The position numbers and the translations under genes are program-made. From NCBI GenBank assembly GCA_965221125.1, contig CBDCRW010000006.1:672001-736000 (forward strand): 64,000 nucleotides of DNA, written 5' to 3'. Positions 44,131 to 53,493 of the stretch are shown here, piece after piece. The stretch is from Alphaproteobacteria bacterium (GTDB taxonomy: Bacteria; Pseudomonadota; Alphaproteobacteria; UBA828). The notes under the pieces were generated by a model, which had not been told where the DNA came from, ran no database searches, and saw nothing but the letters and a program-made list of their open reading frames with translations. Numbering within the stretch: position 1 is the stretch's first letter; each line of letters begins with the position of its first letter.

Positions 44131-45903
44131 ATGGACGGCGTCCAGCTCGCGATCCTGAACAAGCGCTTCGAGGCCATCTGCCGCAAGATGGCCAACACGC
44201 TGTTCCGCACCGGGCGCTCCGGCGTGCTCAACACGGCGCGCGACTTCTCCTGCTGCATCGTCACCGCCGACTGCGACCTGCTGGCGACCGCCGAAAGCCT
44301 GCCGATCCACGTGCTGAGCGGGCCCGACCTGATGGCGGCCTCGATGAAGGCGTTCCACCCCGAGCTCGCGCGAGGCGACGCCTATCTCCACAACTCGCCC
44401 TATCACGGCTGCTCGCACCCGGCCGATCACACGATCCTGGTGCCGGTGATCGACGACGGCGGCCGGCACCGCTTCACCGTCGTCGCCAAGGCGCACCAGG
44501 CCGATTGCGGCAACTCCATCGCCACCACCTATCACGGCTCCGCGCGCGACGTGTACGAGGAGGGCGCGCTGATCTTCCCCGCCGTGCAGGTGCAACGGGG
44601 CTACGAGACCATCGAGGATATCGTCCGCATGTGCCGCATGCGCATCCGCGTGCCGGATCAGTGGTGGGGCGATTTTCTCGCCATGCTGGGCGCGGCGCGG
44701 GTGGGCGAGCGGGAGCTTCTGGCGCTCGCCGGAGAGACGGGCTGGGAGACGCTGGACCGCTTCGCGGCCGAGTGGTTCGACTACAGCGAGCGGCGCATGA
44801 TCGACGCGCTCGAAGGCCTGCCCGCCGGCAGCCTTACGGTCGCCAGCACCCACGACCCGATTCCGGGCGCGCCGGATGGCGTGACGGTGAAGGTCGCCGT
44901 GCGCGTCGACCCGGCAGACGCGCGGATCGAGGTCGACCTGCGGGACAATCCCGATTCCCTTCCCTTCGGCCTCAACATGAGCGAGGCCTGCGCGCGCACG
45001 TCGGCGATGGTCGGCATCTTCAACGCGCTGCCCCACACCGTGCCGCCCAACGCCGGCGCCTTCCGCCGCATCGGCGTGAAGCTCCGGCGGGGCTGCGTCG
45101 TCGGCATCCCGGAGCACCCGACGTCGTGCTCGGTCGCGACCACCAACGTCGCCGACCACATCGCCAACGGCGTGCAGCGCGCGATCGCGGAGCTCGGCGA
45201 CGGCCACGGCATGGCTGAAGTCGGCGGCGTGATCCCGCCGAGCTGCGGCGTGATATCCGGCACAGACCCGCGCAGCGGCGAGCGCTTCGTGAACCAGATA
45301 TTTCTGGGCTTCGGCGCGGGCGCGGCGGCGCCCGAAACCGACGCCTGGATCACCATCGCCCACGTCGGCAACGCCGGCCTCTGCTACCAGGATTCCATCG
45401 AGGTCGACGAGATGGTCTTCCCCATCACCGTGAAGGGGCGGCACTTCATCACCGACAGCGGCGGCGCCGGGCGCCAGCGGGGCGGGGCCGGCGCCTTCGT
45501 CGAGTTCGGGCCGGTCGACGGCTGCGAACTGGAGGTGGGCTACGTCAGCAATGGCGCGGTCAACCCGGCCAACGGCGCGCGCGGCGGCGGCACGGGCGCG
45601 CTCGCCCGCCAGTACCGGCGCAAGCACAATGGGGAGCTGGAAGCGCTTGCCGCCTGCGCCCAGGTGACGGTGGCGCCGGGCGAGACCATGGTCTCCATCT
45701 CCGCAGGCGGGGGCGGCTACGCGGAGCCTCGCGCCCGCGCGCCGGAGCGCGTGGCCCACGACGTGCGCGAGCGCTGGGTCTCGCCGGAGGTTGCCCGCGA
45801 TGTCTTCCGCGTGGCCCTCGACGGGGACGGCAACGTGGACGAGGCCGGGACACACCGGCTGAGGGGCGCTGCCGCTCCCCCGGCACGGGACGCGGCGGAA
45901 TGA
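44131..45903 (+). CDS. Hydantoinase B/oxoprolinase family protein
   Basis: ARDFSC, NSPYHGCSH, AHQADCG, YEEG, SGGAGRQRGG and GGGGY motifs. Confidence 0.92.
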   Translation: MDGVQLAILNKRFEAICRKMANTLFRTGRSGVLNTARDFSCCIVTADCDLLATAESLPIHVLSGPDLMAASMKAFHPELARGDAYLHNSPYHGCSHPADHTILVPVIDDGGRHRFTVVAKAHQADCGNSIATTYHGSARDVYEEGALIFPAVQVQRGYETIEDIVRMCRMRIRVPDQWWGDFLAMLGAARVGERELLALAGETGWETLDRFAAEWFDYSERRMIDALEGLPAGSLTVASTHDPIPGAPDGVTVKVAVRVDPADARIEVDLRDNPDSLPFGLNMSEACARTSAMVGIFNALPHTVPPNAGAFRRIGVKLRRGCVVGIPEHPTSCSVATTNVADHIANGVQRAIAELGDGHGMAEVGGVIPPSCGVISGTDPRSGERFVNQIFLGFGAGAAAPETDAWITIAHVGNAGLCYQDSIEVDEMVFPITVKGRHFITDSGGAGRQRGGAGAFVEFGPVDGCELEVGYVSNGAVNPANGARGGGTGALARQYRRKHNGELEALAACAQVTVAPGETMVSISAGGGGYAEPRARAPERVAHDVRERWVSPEVARDVFRVALDGDGNVDEAGTHRLRGAAAPPARDAAE

Positions 45904-45931
45904 GCCGGATTTCAGGAACGGGAGGTCGAGG

Positions 45932-46336
45932 ATGAAGGTGGAGGGCGCCTGCTTCTGCGGGCAGATCACCTACGAGGCGGATCTCGATACCGACCGCATC
46001 GTCATCTGCAACTGCACGGACTGCCAGTCGCTCTCGGGCTCGGCCTTCCGCACGGTCGCGTTCACGAAGGAGGACGCCTTCACCCTGCTCTCGGGCGAGA
46101 TGAAGGTCTACGTGAAGATCGCGGATAGCGGCAACCGGCGCCAGCAGGGCTTTTGCGGGACCTGCGGCTCACCCATCTACGCGACCTCGGACCCGGCGGG
46201 GCCGTTCTATGGCATCCGTGTGGGCACTATCAAGCAGCGCGACGAGCTGGTGCCGAAGGTCCACATCTACAACCGCTCGAAGCAGCACTGGCTTGACCGG
46301 ATCCCCTCGCTCCCCACCATCGAGGAGATGCCTTAG
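45932..46336 (+). CDS. GFA/CENP-V family Zn-binding protein
   Basis: GACFCG, CNCTDCQ and FCGTCGS motifs. Confidence 0.9.
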   Translation: MKVEGACFCGQITYEADLDTDRIVICNCTDCQSLSGSAFRTVAFTKEDAFTLLSGEMKVYVKIADSGNRRQQGFCGTCGSPIYATSDPAGPFYGIRVGTIKQRDELVPKVHIYNRSKQHWLDRIPSLPTIEEMP

Positions 46337-46346
46337 CCCGGAGCCC

Positions 46347-47723
46347 TTAGCCGAGGAATCGCTCGTCGACCACCGTGAGCGCGGCGTCGAGCGCGTCCGT
46401 GGCGGTGTCGATCTCGTCGTGTGTGATGGTGAAGGGCGGGCCGAGCTTGATCGTGTTGGGCGAGAAGCCGCCCATGAAGACGCCGCGCTTCGCGTTCTCG
46501 GCCGCGACGATGGCGTTGGGATGCTGGCCGAGATCGCCGGTGAAGGGGGAGTAGCGGTCCTCCGGCACGATGGGCGCGCCGTTCCCGTTCACCAGATCGA
46601 CCGTGTAGAAGAGCCCACGTCCGGACACGCGCCCGACCGACGGGTGCTTCTCCTTCAGCCCGTCGAGCCGGTCCTTCAGGTAGGCGCCGCGCTGGCGCAC
46701 CTGCTGCATGATGTCGTGGGCCAGCAGGTACTCGAGGTTGCCGACGACGGTGGCGCAGACCAGGGGGTGGCCGTCCCACGTGCTGCCGGTCCACCATCTG
46801 GCTTTCTCGAAGTAATCGGCGATCGGCGCGCTCGCGATCACGGCGCCGACCGGCAGCGCCGAGCCGTTGATGCCCTTGCCCGCAGCCATCAGGTCGGGCT
46901 TGACCCCCGGCCAGTGCATGTAGCCGAACCACTCGCCGAGGCGCCCGAAGCCGGTGATCACCTCGTCGGCGATCCAGAGGAAGCCGTACTTGTCGCAGAG
47001 CGCGCGCAGGCCCGGCATGTAGTCCGCATGGGGGAAGGTCCCGCCCGCGCCCAGCATGGGCTCGGCGATGACCGCGGCGACGTTCTCGGCGCCGATGGCG
47101 CGCACGATGTGCTCCGTCGCCTCAAGCGAGGGGAGCCGCCCCTCCCCCGCCCAGTCTTCGTGCTCGGGCGGCGGGATCGGGATGTAGCCGTGCGGCGGGT
47201 AGCCCGGCACGTCGGCCACGTCGCCGAAGCCGGTATCGGTCGAGATGTTGTTGCGGTAGCCCCGCATCATGGTGGAGCCCACGGTCATGCCGTGGAAGGA
47301 GTGGGCCTGGCTCAGGATGACGCTGCGGCCCGTGTAGAGCCGCGCCATCATGATGCAGCTCTCCACCGCCTCGGTGCCCGACGGCAGGATGCGGAGGCGG
47401 CCCGCCCAGCCCTCGTTGCCGAGGATGTCCGCGATCACCAGCTTCGCGGCGCGGGCGCGGTACTCGTTCGCCATCGTGTAGGTGACGTGGCCGTAGCGCT
47501 CCATCGCCTCGGTGAGCGCGCCGTGGATCGCCGGGTGCCGGTGGCCCAGGTTGTCGGAGATCAGCTGGCTCATGAAGTCGAGCAGACGCGTGCCGTCGGC
47601 GAGCACGAGGTAGTTGCCCTCGGTGGCGTCGACGCCGGTGAAGCTGTGCTCGTCCTCCGCCTGCAGCCCGTGCAGGTAGTAGGCGCGGTCCCAGCGTTCC
47701 AGCTCGTCCCAGTCGCGTGTCAT
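46347..47723 (-). CDS. Class III PLP aminotransferase
   Basis: SGTEAVE, SFHG, IADEVITGFGRLG and GKGI motifs. Confidence 0.92.
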   Translation of the reverse strand: MTRDWDELERWDRAYYLHGLQAEDEHSFTGVDATEGNYLVLADGTRLLDFMSQLISDNLGHRHPAIHGALTEAMERYGHVTYTMANEYRARAAKLVIADILGNEGWAGRLRILPSGTEAVESCIMMARLYTGRSVILSQAHSFHGMTVGSTMMRGYRNNISTDTGFGDVADVPGYPPHGYIPIPPPEHEDWAGEGRLPSLEATEHIVRAIGAENVAAVIAEPMLGAGGTFPHADYMPGLRALCDKYGFLWIADEVITGFGRLGEWFGYMHWPGVKPDLMAAGKGINGSALPVGAVIASAPIADYFEKARWWTGSTWDGHPLVCATVVGNLEYLLAHDIMQQVRQRGAYLKDRLDGLKEKHPSVGRVSGRGLFYTVDLVNGNGAPIVPEDRYSPFTGDLGQHPNAIVAAENAKRGVFMGGFSPNTIKLGPPFTITHDEIDTATDALDAALTVVDERFLG

Positions 47724-47907
47724 GGCGCCCTCCCCCGGCCGGTCGCGCAACGGTGCCAGATTACCCGACCGGGCGGGATCGCCCTACACGGCTGCCGGGC
47801 ATTGGCCGGAATTGATCCTGGGATCGGGTTATTCAATATATCATTGGCGCGGGTTCATCGTCGGCCGAGACGCCGGCGCCGCGACAGGTTCCACCGCGTA
47901 CCGTCAG

Positions 47908-50109
47908 GTGACGTCCGTGATTCGAAATCTTGCCGCCGAGCTTCGCGCGGACATCCTGTCGGGGAAGGTCACGCCGGCGCTGTCGGCGGGTTTCACCTCG
48001 GGCCTCGGGCTGCTGGCCGCCCAGGTCGCCTTCGGAACCTTCATCTTCTCCGGCCCGCTGGCTCCCTACACGTCGCAGGGCGTGGGCCTGGTGCTGTTCG
48101 GAAACTTCGCCGCCTGTCTGCTCATCGCGCTTTCGAGCGGCTTTCGCGGCGCGATTTCAGGTCTGTCGCCCGCGCTCGTGATCGGGATGGCCGTCATCGG
48201 CTCCACCATGGCGGCCGAAGGCGAGGCGCTGTTCGTCACCACCGCGGCCGCGCTGATCATCGCCGCAGTCGCCACGGGCGCGTTCTGCCTCATGATCGGC
48301 CAGTTTCGTCTCGCCAACGTGGTGCGCTTCATTCCCTACCCCGTTGCGGGCGGGTTCGTCGCGGGAATCGGCGGCGCCGTCTGCATCGCGGCGCTCTCCA
48401 TGATGGGGGTCGATCCGCACTGGGCGGCGGTTCCGTCGTACTTCGACCCCGACGAGCTGTGGAAGTGGGCGCCGGGCACGGCCTACGGGCTGGCCCTCTA
48501 CCTGTCGATGAGGCGCTGGCGGCATCCGCTGATCCTGCCGGTGAGCGTCGTGGTCTTCGTCGGCGCGAGCCATCTCGCACTCTTCGCCCTCGGCATCAGC
48601 GGCGAGGAGGCGAGAGCTGCGGGGCTGCTGTTCACGAGCACGGTGGAGGACAGCCTGTGGCCGGCCCTATCGCCGGCCGACCTCGCGCACGTGGACTGGT
48701 CGGCGATGGCCGGGCGGGTCCCCGACATGCTGACGCTGATCCTGGTCGCCCTCATCTGCGTCGTCATGAACATCGCGGGCCTGGAGCTTGCGGTGAACAG
48801 CGAGTTCGACTGGGACCGGGAGTTCAGGGCCAAGGGCTTCGCGACCGTGATCTCCGGCCTGGGCGGCGGCACGGTGTCGACCCTGGTTGTGCCCGCCTCG
48901 CTGCGCAGCAAGCTGTTCGGCGCGACGACGCGGCTTACCGGCGTGATCGCCGCCCTCGTCATCGGCATCGCTCTGCTCCTGGGCGACGGGATGCTGGAGC
49001 TGGTGCCGGCGCCGCTCGTCGGCGGCATGCTGGTCTTTGCCGGCGCCGGCATGCTGGACGAAGGGCTGGTGAAGAGCTGGAAGCGCCTGCCCCGGCAGGA
49101 GTACGGCATCATCCTGCTGATCTTCGCGATCATCATAGGGCTCGGGCTGCTCGAGGGCGTAGCCGCCGGCATCGCGGCGACGCTCGTGCTCTTCGTCGTG
49201 CGCCTCGGCCGCGTGGACTCGGTCGAGGCGCGGTTCACCCTGCGCGAGCGCCAGAGCAACAAGGCACGGCCTGTCACCGATCACGCCATCCTGCTGGCGG
49301 AGGGTGACCGGGTGCTGGCCTATCGGCTGCGCGGCTACATCTTCTTCGGCAGCGTCGTCCCGCTGGCCAACCAGCTGCGCCAGACGCTGAGCGGTTCCTC
49401 GCCGCCGGCCTGCCTGATGCTGGACTTCGGCGGTGTCTCCGGCTTCGACTTCTCTGCGGTGAGCGTGCTCGGCCGGTTCCTGCAACGGGCCGACGCTGCC
49501 GGCGTTCGAGTGGTTCTGTGCGGAGTCTCCGAGCCGCTGCGGATGGGACTTGAGCGGACCCTGCCGTCAGCCGCGTTCTCCGAATTGCTGATGGAGCCCA
49601 ACGCGGATCGCGCGCTCGAGCGCTGCGAGGACATCGTCATCGCGGCCTGGAGAGCGGACGTGGACGCGGCGGGAGAGCGGCGCAAGGAAATACTGGAGCA
49701 CGCCGGCGAAGACATCGAGCGCTACCTGGACCGGCAGATCCAATTTGAGGACCTGATTGCGGACTTGCGAGAGTGGCTGCATCCGCGCGACTACGCCGCG
49801 GGCCAGCCCCTCGCCGGGCAGGATGCGCCGGACGAAGGCCTGCAGCTGCTGCTTTCCGGCCGGGCCTCGGCGTTCGACGATGCGGGCGCCAGGCTCTATC
49901 AGCTCGGGCCGGGCGATGCGGTGTGGCCGGCGGACGCGCTCGATTCGAACGCGAGCAGCGTGGTTGCCGACCGGCCCTGCCGGACCCTGGCGCTGGCGCC
50001 CGACACCCGGCGCTGGCTGGAATCGCAGCAAGAACAGCTCGCGTTCCGGCTCTATCGCTACCTGCTCTCCAGGCGCTTCGAGGCCGAGCCCGAAGATCGC
50101 TCCCTGTGA
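47908..50109 (+). CDS. SulP/SLC26 anion transporter with STAS domain and degenerate cNMP-binding domain
   Basis: RFIPYPV..GF..GIG, many transmembrane helices, STAS motif LRGYIFFG...DFSA, C-terminal cNMP-like domain. Start uncertain (GTG at 47908 or 47917). Confidence 0.88.
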   Translation: MTSVIRNLAAELRADILSGKVTPALSAGFTSGLGLLAAQVAFGTFIFSGPLAPYTSQGVGLVLFGNFAACLLIALSSGFRGAISGLSPALVIGMAVIGSTMAAEGEALFVTTAAALIIAAVATGAFCLMIGQFRLANVVRFIPYPVAGGFVAGIGGAVCIAALSMMGVDPHWAAVPSYFDPDELWKWAPGTAYGLALYLSMRRWRHPLILPVSVVVFVGASHLALFALGISGEEARAAGLLFTSTVEDSLWPALSPADLAHVDWSAMAGRVPDMLTLILVALICVVMNIAGLELAVNSEFDWDREFRAKGFATVISGLGGGTVSTLVVPASLRSKLFGATTRLTGVIAALVIGIALLLGDGMLELVPAPLVGGMLVFAGAGMLDEGLVKSWKRLPRQEYGIILLIFAIIIGLGLLEGVAAGIAATLVLFVVRLGRVDSVEARFTLRERQSNKARPVTDHAILLAEGDRVLAYRLRGYIFFGSVVPLANQLRQTLSGSSPPACLMLDFGGVSGFDFSAVSVLGRFLQRADAAGVRVVLCGVSEPLRMGLERTLPSAAFSELLMEPNADRALERCEDIVIAAWRADVDAAGERRKEILEHAGEDIERYLDRQIQFEDLIADLREWLHPRDYAAGQPLAGQDAPDEGLQLLLSGRASAFDDAGARLYQLGPGDAVWPADALDSNASSVVADRPCRTLALAPDTRRWLESQQEQLAFRLYRYLLSRRFEAEPEDRSL

Positions 50110-50169
50110 CCACCGGCCGGCACCAGGCTTTCAACTGCACGTCGTTCATGCGTTGAGCAGCAACGCTTT

Positions 50170-50478
50170 GTGGTGACGCACCCGTTTCATCCTCTTCTCG
50201 GACGTGAGTTCGAACTGATCGAGACCACGTCGATGCTTGGGGTGGGGCTGGTCCATTACACGGCTGACGACGGGACGCTGCGCACGATTCGTCAGGCTTT
50301 TACCAGCGTTGCAGCGGTGGATCCGTTTGCGCGGGTAGCGGCGGGCCGGTCGGCGTTCCGTGTCTCGGATCTGCTGACGTTGTCGGCGTTGCTGGATGGC
50401 TTGGGCGGCGGCGAGAGGGTTGGAAAGGAGGCGGCCGGCGGCGCGAGCGGTGTCAAGGAGATTTTGCCGCATGTGTAA
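50170..50478 (+). CDS. DUF5372-like small protein (5' end predicted to be completed only on the circular form)
   Basis: VTHPFHPL.G.EF and DPF....GRS.FR..DLL.L motifs; the frame is open back to the element end at 50128; no RBS before the GTG at 50170. Confidence 0.75.
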   Translation: MVTHPFHPLLGREFELIETTSMLGVGLVHYTADDGTLRTIRQAFTSVAAVDPFARVAAGRSAFRVSDLLTLSALLDGLGGGERVGKEAAGGASGVKEILPHV

Positions 50479-50660
50479 GAGCGTTTTTGTCCATACCTGG
50501 CGGTCGGAGGTTGTCGTATGGACTGGAAGGGCGGTCATGATCGACCAATATACACGGTATTTCGGCCTGTTTTCGTCGATATGGGGCAAGAAAGGGTTTG
50601 ATGCGATGCCAGGGGTGTGCATAAATATACTTACATTCCTCCGCCGCCGGAGCCCACGCA

Positions 50661-51122
50661 ATGGCCAGACGCCCCGCCGACGCCAAGACCCGCTCCCTCA
50701 AGGAGCACGGCTGCCTCAACCCGAACGCGGAGACGGTGCGCGACGAGCTGTTCCTGTCCAACGCGTTCTTCGACCCGCGCGACCTGGTCCAGGTCAGGTA
50801 CGAGATGCTGCGCCGTGTGCGCGAGGACGGCGTGCCGGTGAGCCACGCCGCGGCCAGCTTCGGCGTCTCGCGGCCCACCTGGTACCAGGCGCAGCGCGCC
50901 TACGATGCGGGCGGGCTGCCGGGCCTGCTGCCGGAGAAGCCGGGACCCCGCCGACGCCACAAGCTCAGCGACGAGGTGGTCGAGGCGCTGCTCGCGGCGA
51001 AGAGCGAACAGCCGGAGTTGACCGCCGCCGCGCTGGTCGATCTGGTGCGCGCGCGCTTTGGCATCACCATCCATCGCCGCAGCATCGGCCGCATGCTCGC
51101 GCAGGTAAAAAAAAGCCGATGA
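50661..51122 (+). CDS. Helix-turn-helix DNA-binding protein (transposase N-terminus-like, no catalytic domain)
   Basis: FFDPRDLVQVRYEMLR, AAASFGVSRPTWY, GLPGLLPEKPGPR and IHRRSI motifs. Confidence 0.85.
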   Translation: MARRPADAKTRSLKEHGCLNPNAETVRDELFLSNAFFDPRDLVQVRYEMLRRVREDGVPVSHAAASFGVSRPTWYQAQRAYDAGGLPGLLPEKPGPRRRHKLSDEVVEALLAAKSEQPELTAAALVDLVRARFGITIHRRSIGRMLAQVKKSR

Positions 51123-51421
51123 AGTGCCGGCCGCCGCTCGCCGGGCTGCTCCCGCTGGAACATTCCGCCTATGGGGACGGCTACGAGCGGCTGCGCCGTC
51201 ATGCGGTCGAGCCCGGCACAGAGCACAACCGTCACGGGCTTGCCGTGGTGGCGTTGCGCGGCGTCGCGGCCTGGCTGCACGCCGTGGCCGAGTTGCCCGC
51301 CCCGCCGGCCGCCGTTTGCGCCGGCGCCTCGACCGAGCCGCTGCCCGGCGGGGTCGAGAAGTCGCTGATCGACATTCTTCTCGCGATGCTCAAGGGCCAT
51401 ATGGAAGGAGAGTTGGCATGA
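51119..51421 (+). CDS. Small hypothetical protein (100 aa) of the element
   Basis: ATGA overlaps with both the HTH gene and the recombinase gene; MKCRPP...YERLRRHA...GLAVV.LRGVAAWL. Confidence 0.7.
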   Translation: MKCRPPLAGLLPLEHSAYGDGYERLRRHAVEPGTEHNRHGLAVVALRGVAAWLHAVAELPAPPAAVCAGASTEPLPGGVEKSLIDILLAMLKGHMEGELA

Positions 51422-53493
51422 GCACTGCCTATCAGAAGGTGAGCGCGAACCACCTGAGCCGCGATGCTTACCTGTACGTGCGTCAGTCCACCGTGCGCCA
51501 GGTGTTCGAACATGGCGAGAGCACGCGCCGCCAGTACGCGCTGCGCGAGCGGGCCGTGGCCCTGGGCTGGCCGACCGAGAACGTCGTCGTGATCGATTGC
51601 GATCAGGGCCTGTCCGGCGCCGACAAGGACCGCGAAGGCTTCCAGCGTCTGGTCGCCGACGTCAGCTTGGGCCGGGCCGGGATCGTGCTCGGGCTCGAGG
51701 TGTCAAGGCTCGCGCGCAATTCCACCGAGTGGCATCGGCTGGTCGAGATCTGTGACCTGAGCGAGACGCTGATCCTCGACGAGGACGGCCTCTACAATCC
51801 AGGAGACTTCAACGACAGGCTCCTGCTCGGGCTCAAAGGGACCATGTCGGAAGCGGAGCTGCACATGATGCGCGCCCGGCTGCGCGGTGGGACGCTGAAC
51901 GCGGCCAAGCGTGGGGAGTTGAAGTTGCCGCTGCCGGTGGGACTGGTCTATGACCCGCTCGGCAACGTGGTGCTCGACCCCGACGAACAAGTGCAGCATA
52001 GCCTGCGCCTGTTCTTCGATACCTTCACCCGGCTCGGCTCGGCTAATGCCACGGTCAAGTATTTCAGGGCCGAGAACCTGCTTTTCCCCTACCGTCCTCT
52101 CCACGGGCCGCACAAGGGCGAGCTGCATTGGAAGCCGCTGAGGTTCGCGCGGGCACTGCGAGTGCTGCGCAATCCGCGATACGCCGGCGCTTACGCGTAC
52201 GGGCGCAGCCGCAGCCGGCGGCGTCCCGGCGGCGGTGTCGAGACCCAACGTCTGCCACGTGAGGAATGGATGGTGGAGCTGCGCGATGCGCACCCGGGCT
52301 ACATCACCTGGGAGCGGTTCGAACAGAACGAGAGCCAGCTTCGCGACAACAATGCTGCCCGAGCGCGCGGCGCGGAGCGCCGCCCTCCCCCACGCGAGGG
52401 GCCGGCACTGCTGCAGGGACTGGCTGTCTGCGGCGTGTGCGGCCGGAGCATGGGGGTGCGCTACTACAAGCAAAAATCAAAGGAGCTGCACCCCTACTAC
52501 CTGTGCAGCCATGAAGGTGCGCAGACGGCGAGCGCCTGGTGTCAGAGCATCCCCGGCGCTGCCATCGACCGCGCGGTCGGCGAGTTGCTGGTGGAGCTGA
52601 TGACGCCGTTGACGCTGGAGGTGGCGTTGCAGGTGCAGGACGAACTCACCGCGCGCGCCGAGGAGGCCGATCTGTGGCGCGCTCAGCGAGTGCAGCGCGC
52701 CCGCGAGGAAGCGGACCTGGCGCGGCAGAGGTTCATGCAGACCCATCCCGACAACCGGATAGTAGCCGACGTGCTGGAGGCGGAGTGGAACGCGAAGCTT
52801 CGGACGCTGGACGAGGCGCAGCGAGAGCTCGAGCGCAGCCGCGCGGATCCGGGCCAGGGGTTGGACGAAGGGCAACGCAAGCGAATCCTCGCGCTGGCCA
52901 GCGACTTCCCCCGCCTGTGGAACGATCCTGCGACGCCGCACCGCGAGCGCAAGCGGATGGCGCGGCTGCTGATCGAGGACGTGACGCTGACCAGGGCCAC
53001 GCGGAGCCTGGGGGTGCGTCTGCGCGGCGGCGCGACCCGCCAGCTCACCTGGGCGCCGGATCCTCTCGGATGTGAGACCTTCAAGACCAAGGCCGAGATC
53101 GTCGCCGAGGTCGACAGCCTGTTGAACGACCACAACTATGGCGAGATCGCCAAAATCCTCAACGAGCGCGGATACCGAAGCGGTTACGGCCACGCCTTTA
53201 CCCCGAAGTTGGTGGGGGTGCTGCGAGCGAACTACGCTCTCAAGCCACGCTATGAACGGCTGCGCGATCGCGGGCTGTTGACGGTCAACGAGGCCGCCGA
53301 GCGCCTCGCGGTCTCCGTCGGCACAGTCAACCAATGGCGCAAGGCCGGGCTCTTGCGCGGACACGCCTACACCGGCGGATCCGACTACTTGTACGAGATT
53401 CCCGACCCTCCGCCGACCAAACAACCGGGGCGAAAGCTGTCTCTGCGCAAACCGAGCTGCAACCTTGCCCCCACAGGAATAGATGAGGTGTAG
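51418..53493 (+). CDS. Large serine recombinase (resolvase + recombinase + Zn ribbon + coiled coil + C-terminal HTH), 691 aa
   Basis: YVRQST (catalytic Ser), DQGLSG, EVSRLAR, NPRYAG, CGVCG...YYLC...C; GAAGGAG RBS before the ATG at 51418. Confidence 0.95.
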   Translation: MSTAYQKVSANHLSRDAYLYVRQSTVRQVFEHGESTRRQYALRERAVALGWPTENVVVIDCDQGLSGADKDREGFQRLVADVSLGRAGIVLGLEVSRLARNSTEWHRLVEICDLSETLILDEDGLYNPGDFNDRLLLGLKGTMSEAELHMMRARLRGGTLNAAKRGELKLPLPVGLVYDPLGNVVLDPDEQVQHSLRLFFDTFTRLGSANATVKYFRAENLLFPYRPLHGPHKGELHWKPLRFARALRVLRNPRYAGAYAYGRSRSRRRPGGGVETQRLPREEWMVELRDAHPGYITWERFEQNESQLRDNNAARARGAERRPPPREGPALLQGLAVCGVCGRSMGVRYYKQKSKELHPYYLCSHEGAQTASAWCQSIPGAAIDRAVGELLVELMTPLTLEVALQVQDELTARAEEADLWRAQRVQRAREEADLARQRFMQTHPDNRIVADVLEAEWNAKLRTLDEAQRELERSRADPGQGLDEGQRKRILALASDFPRLWNDPATPHRERKRMARLLIEDVTLTRATRSLGVRLRGGATRQLTWAPDPLGCETFKTKAEIVAEVDSLLNDHNYGEIAKILNERGYRSGYGHAFTPKLVGVLRANYALKPRYERLRDRGLLTVNEAAERLAVSVGTVNQWRKAGLLRGHAYTGGSDYLYEIPDPPPTKQPGRKLSLRKPSCNLAPTGIDEV

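Noticed and set aside
50159-50161. Alternative left boundary of the recombinase element at AGC (also gives an in-frame MKQRFVVTHP junction)
   Set aside because: It lacks the inverted-repeat arm found at 50129-50143, so the GC at 50127-50128 is preferred. It cannot be fully excluded without other copies.
53491-53493. Stop-codon readthrough at the end of the recombinase gene (EV*YEA)
   Set aside because: There is no recoding signal; the sequence is better explained as part of the att arm and the RBS/start of the junction gene.
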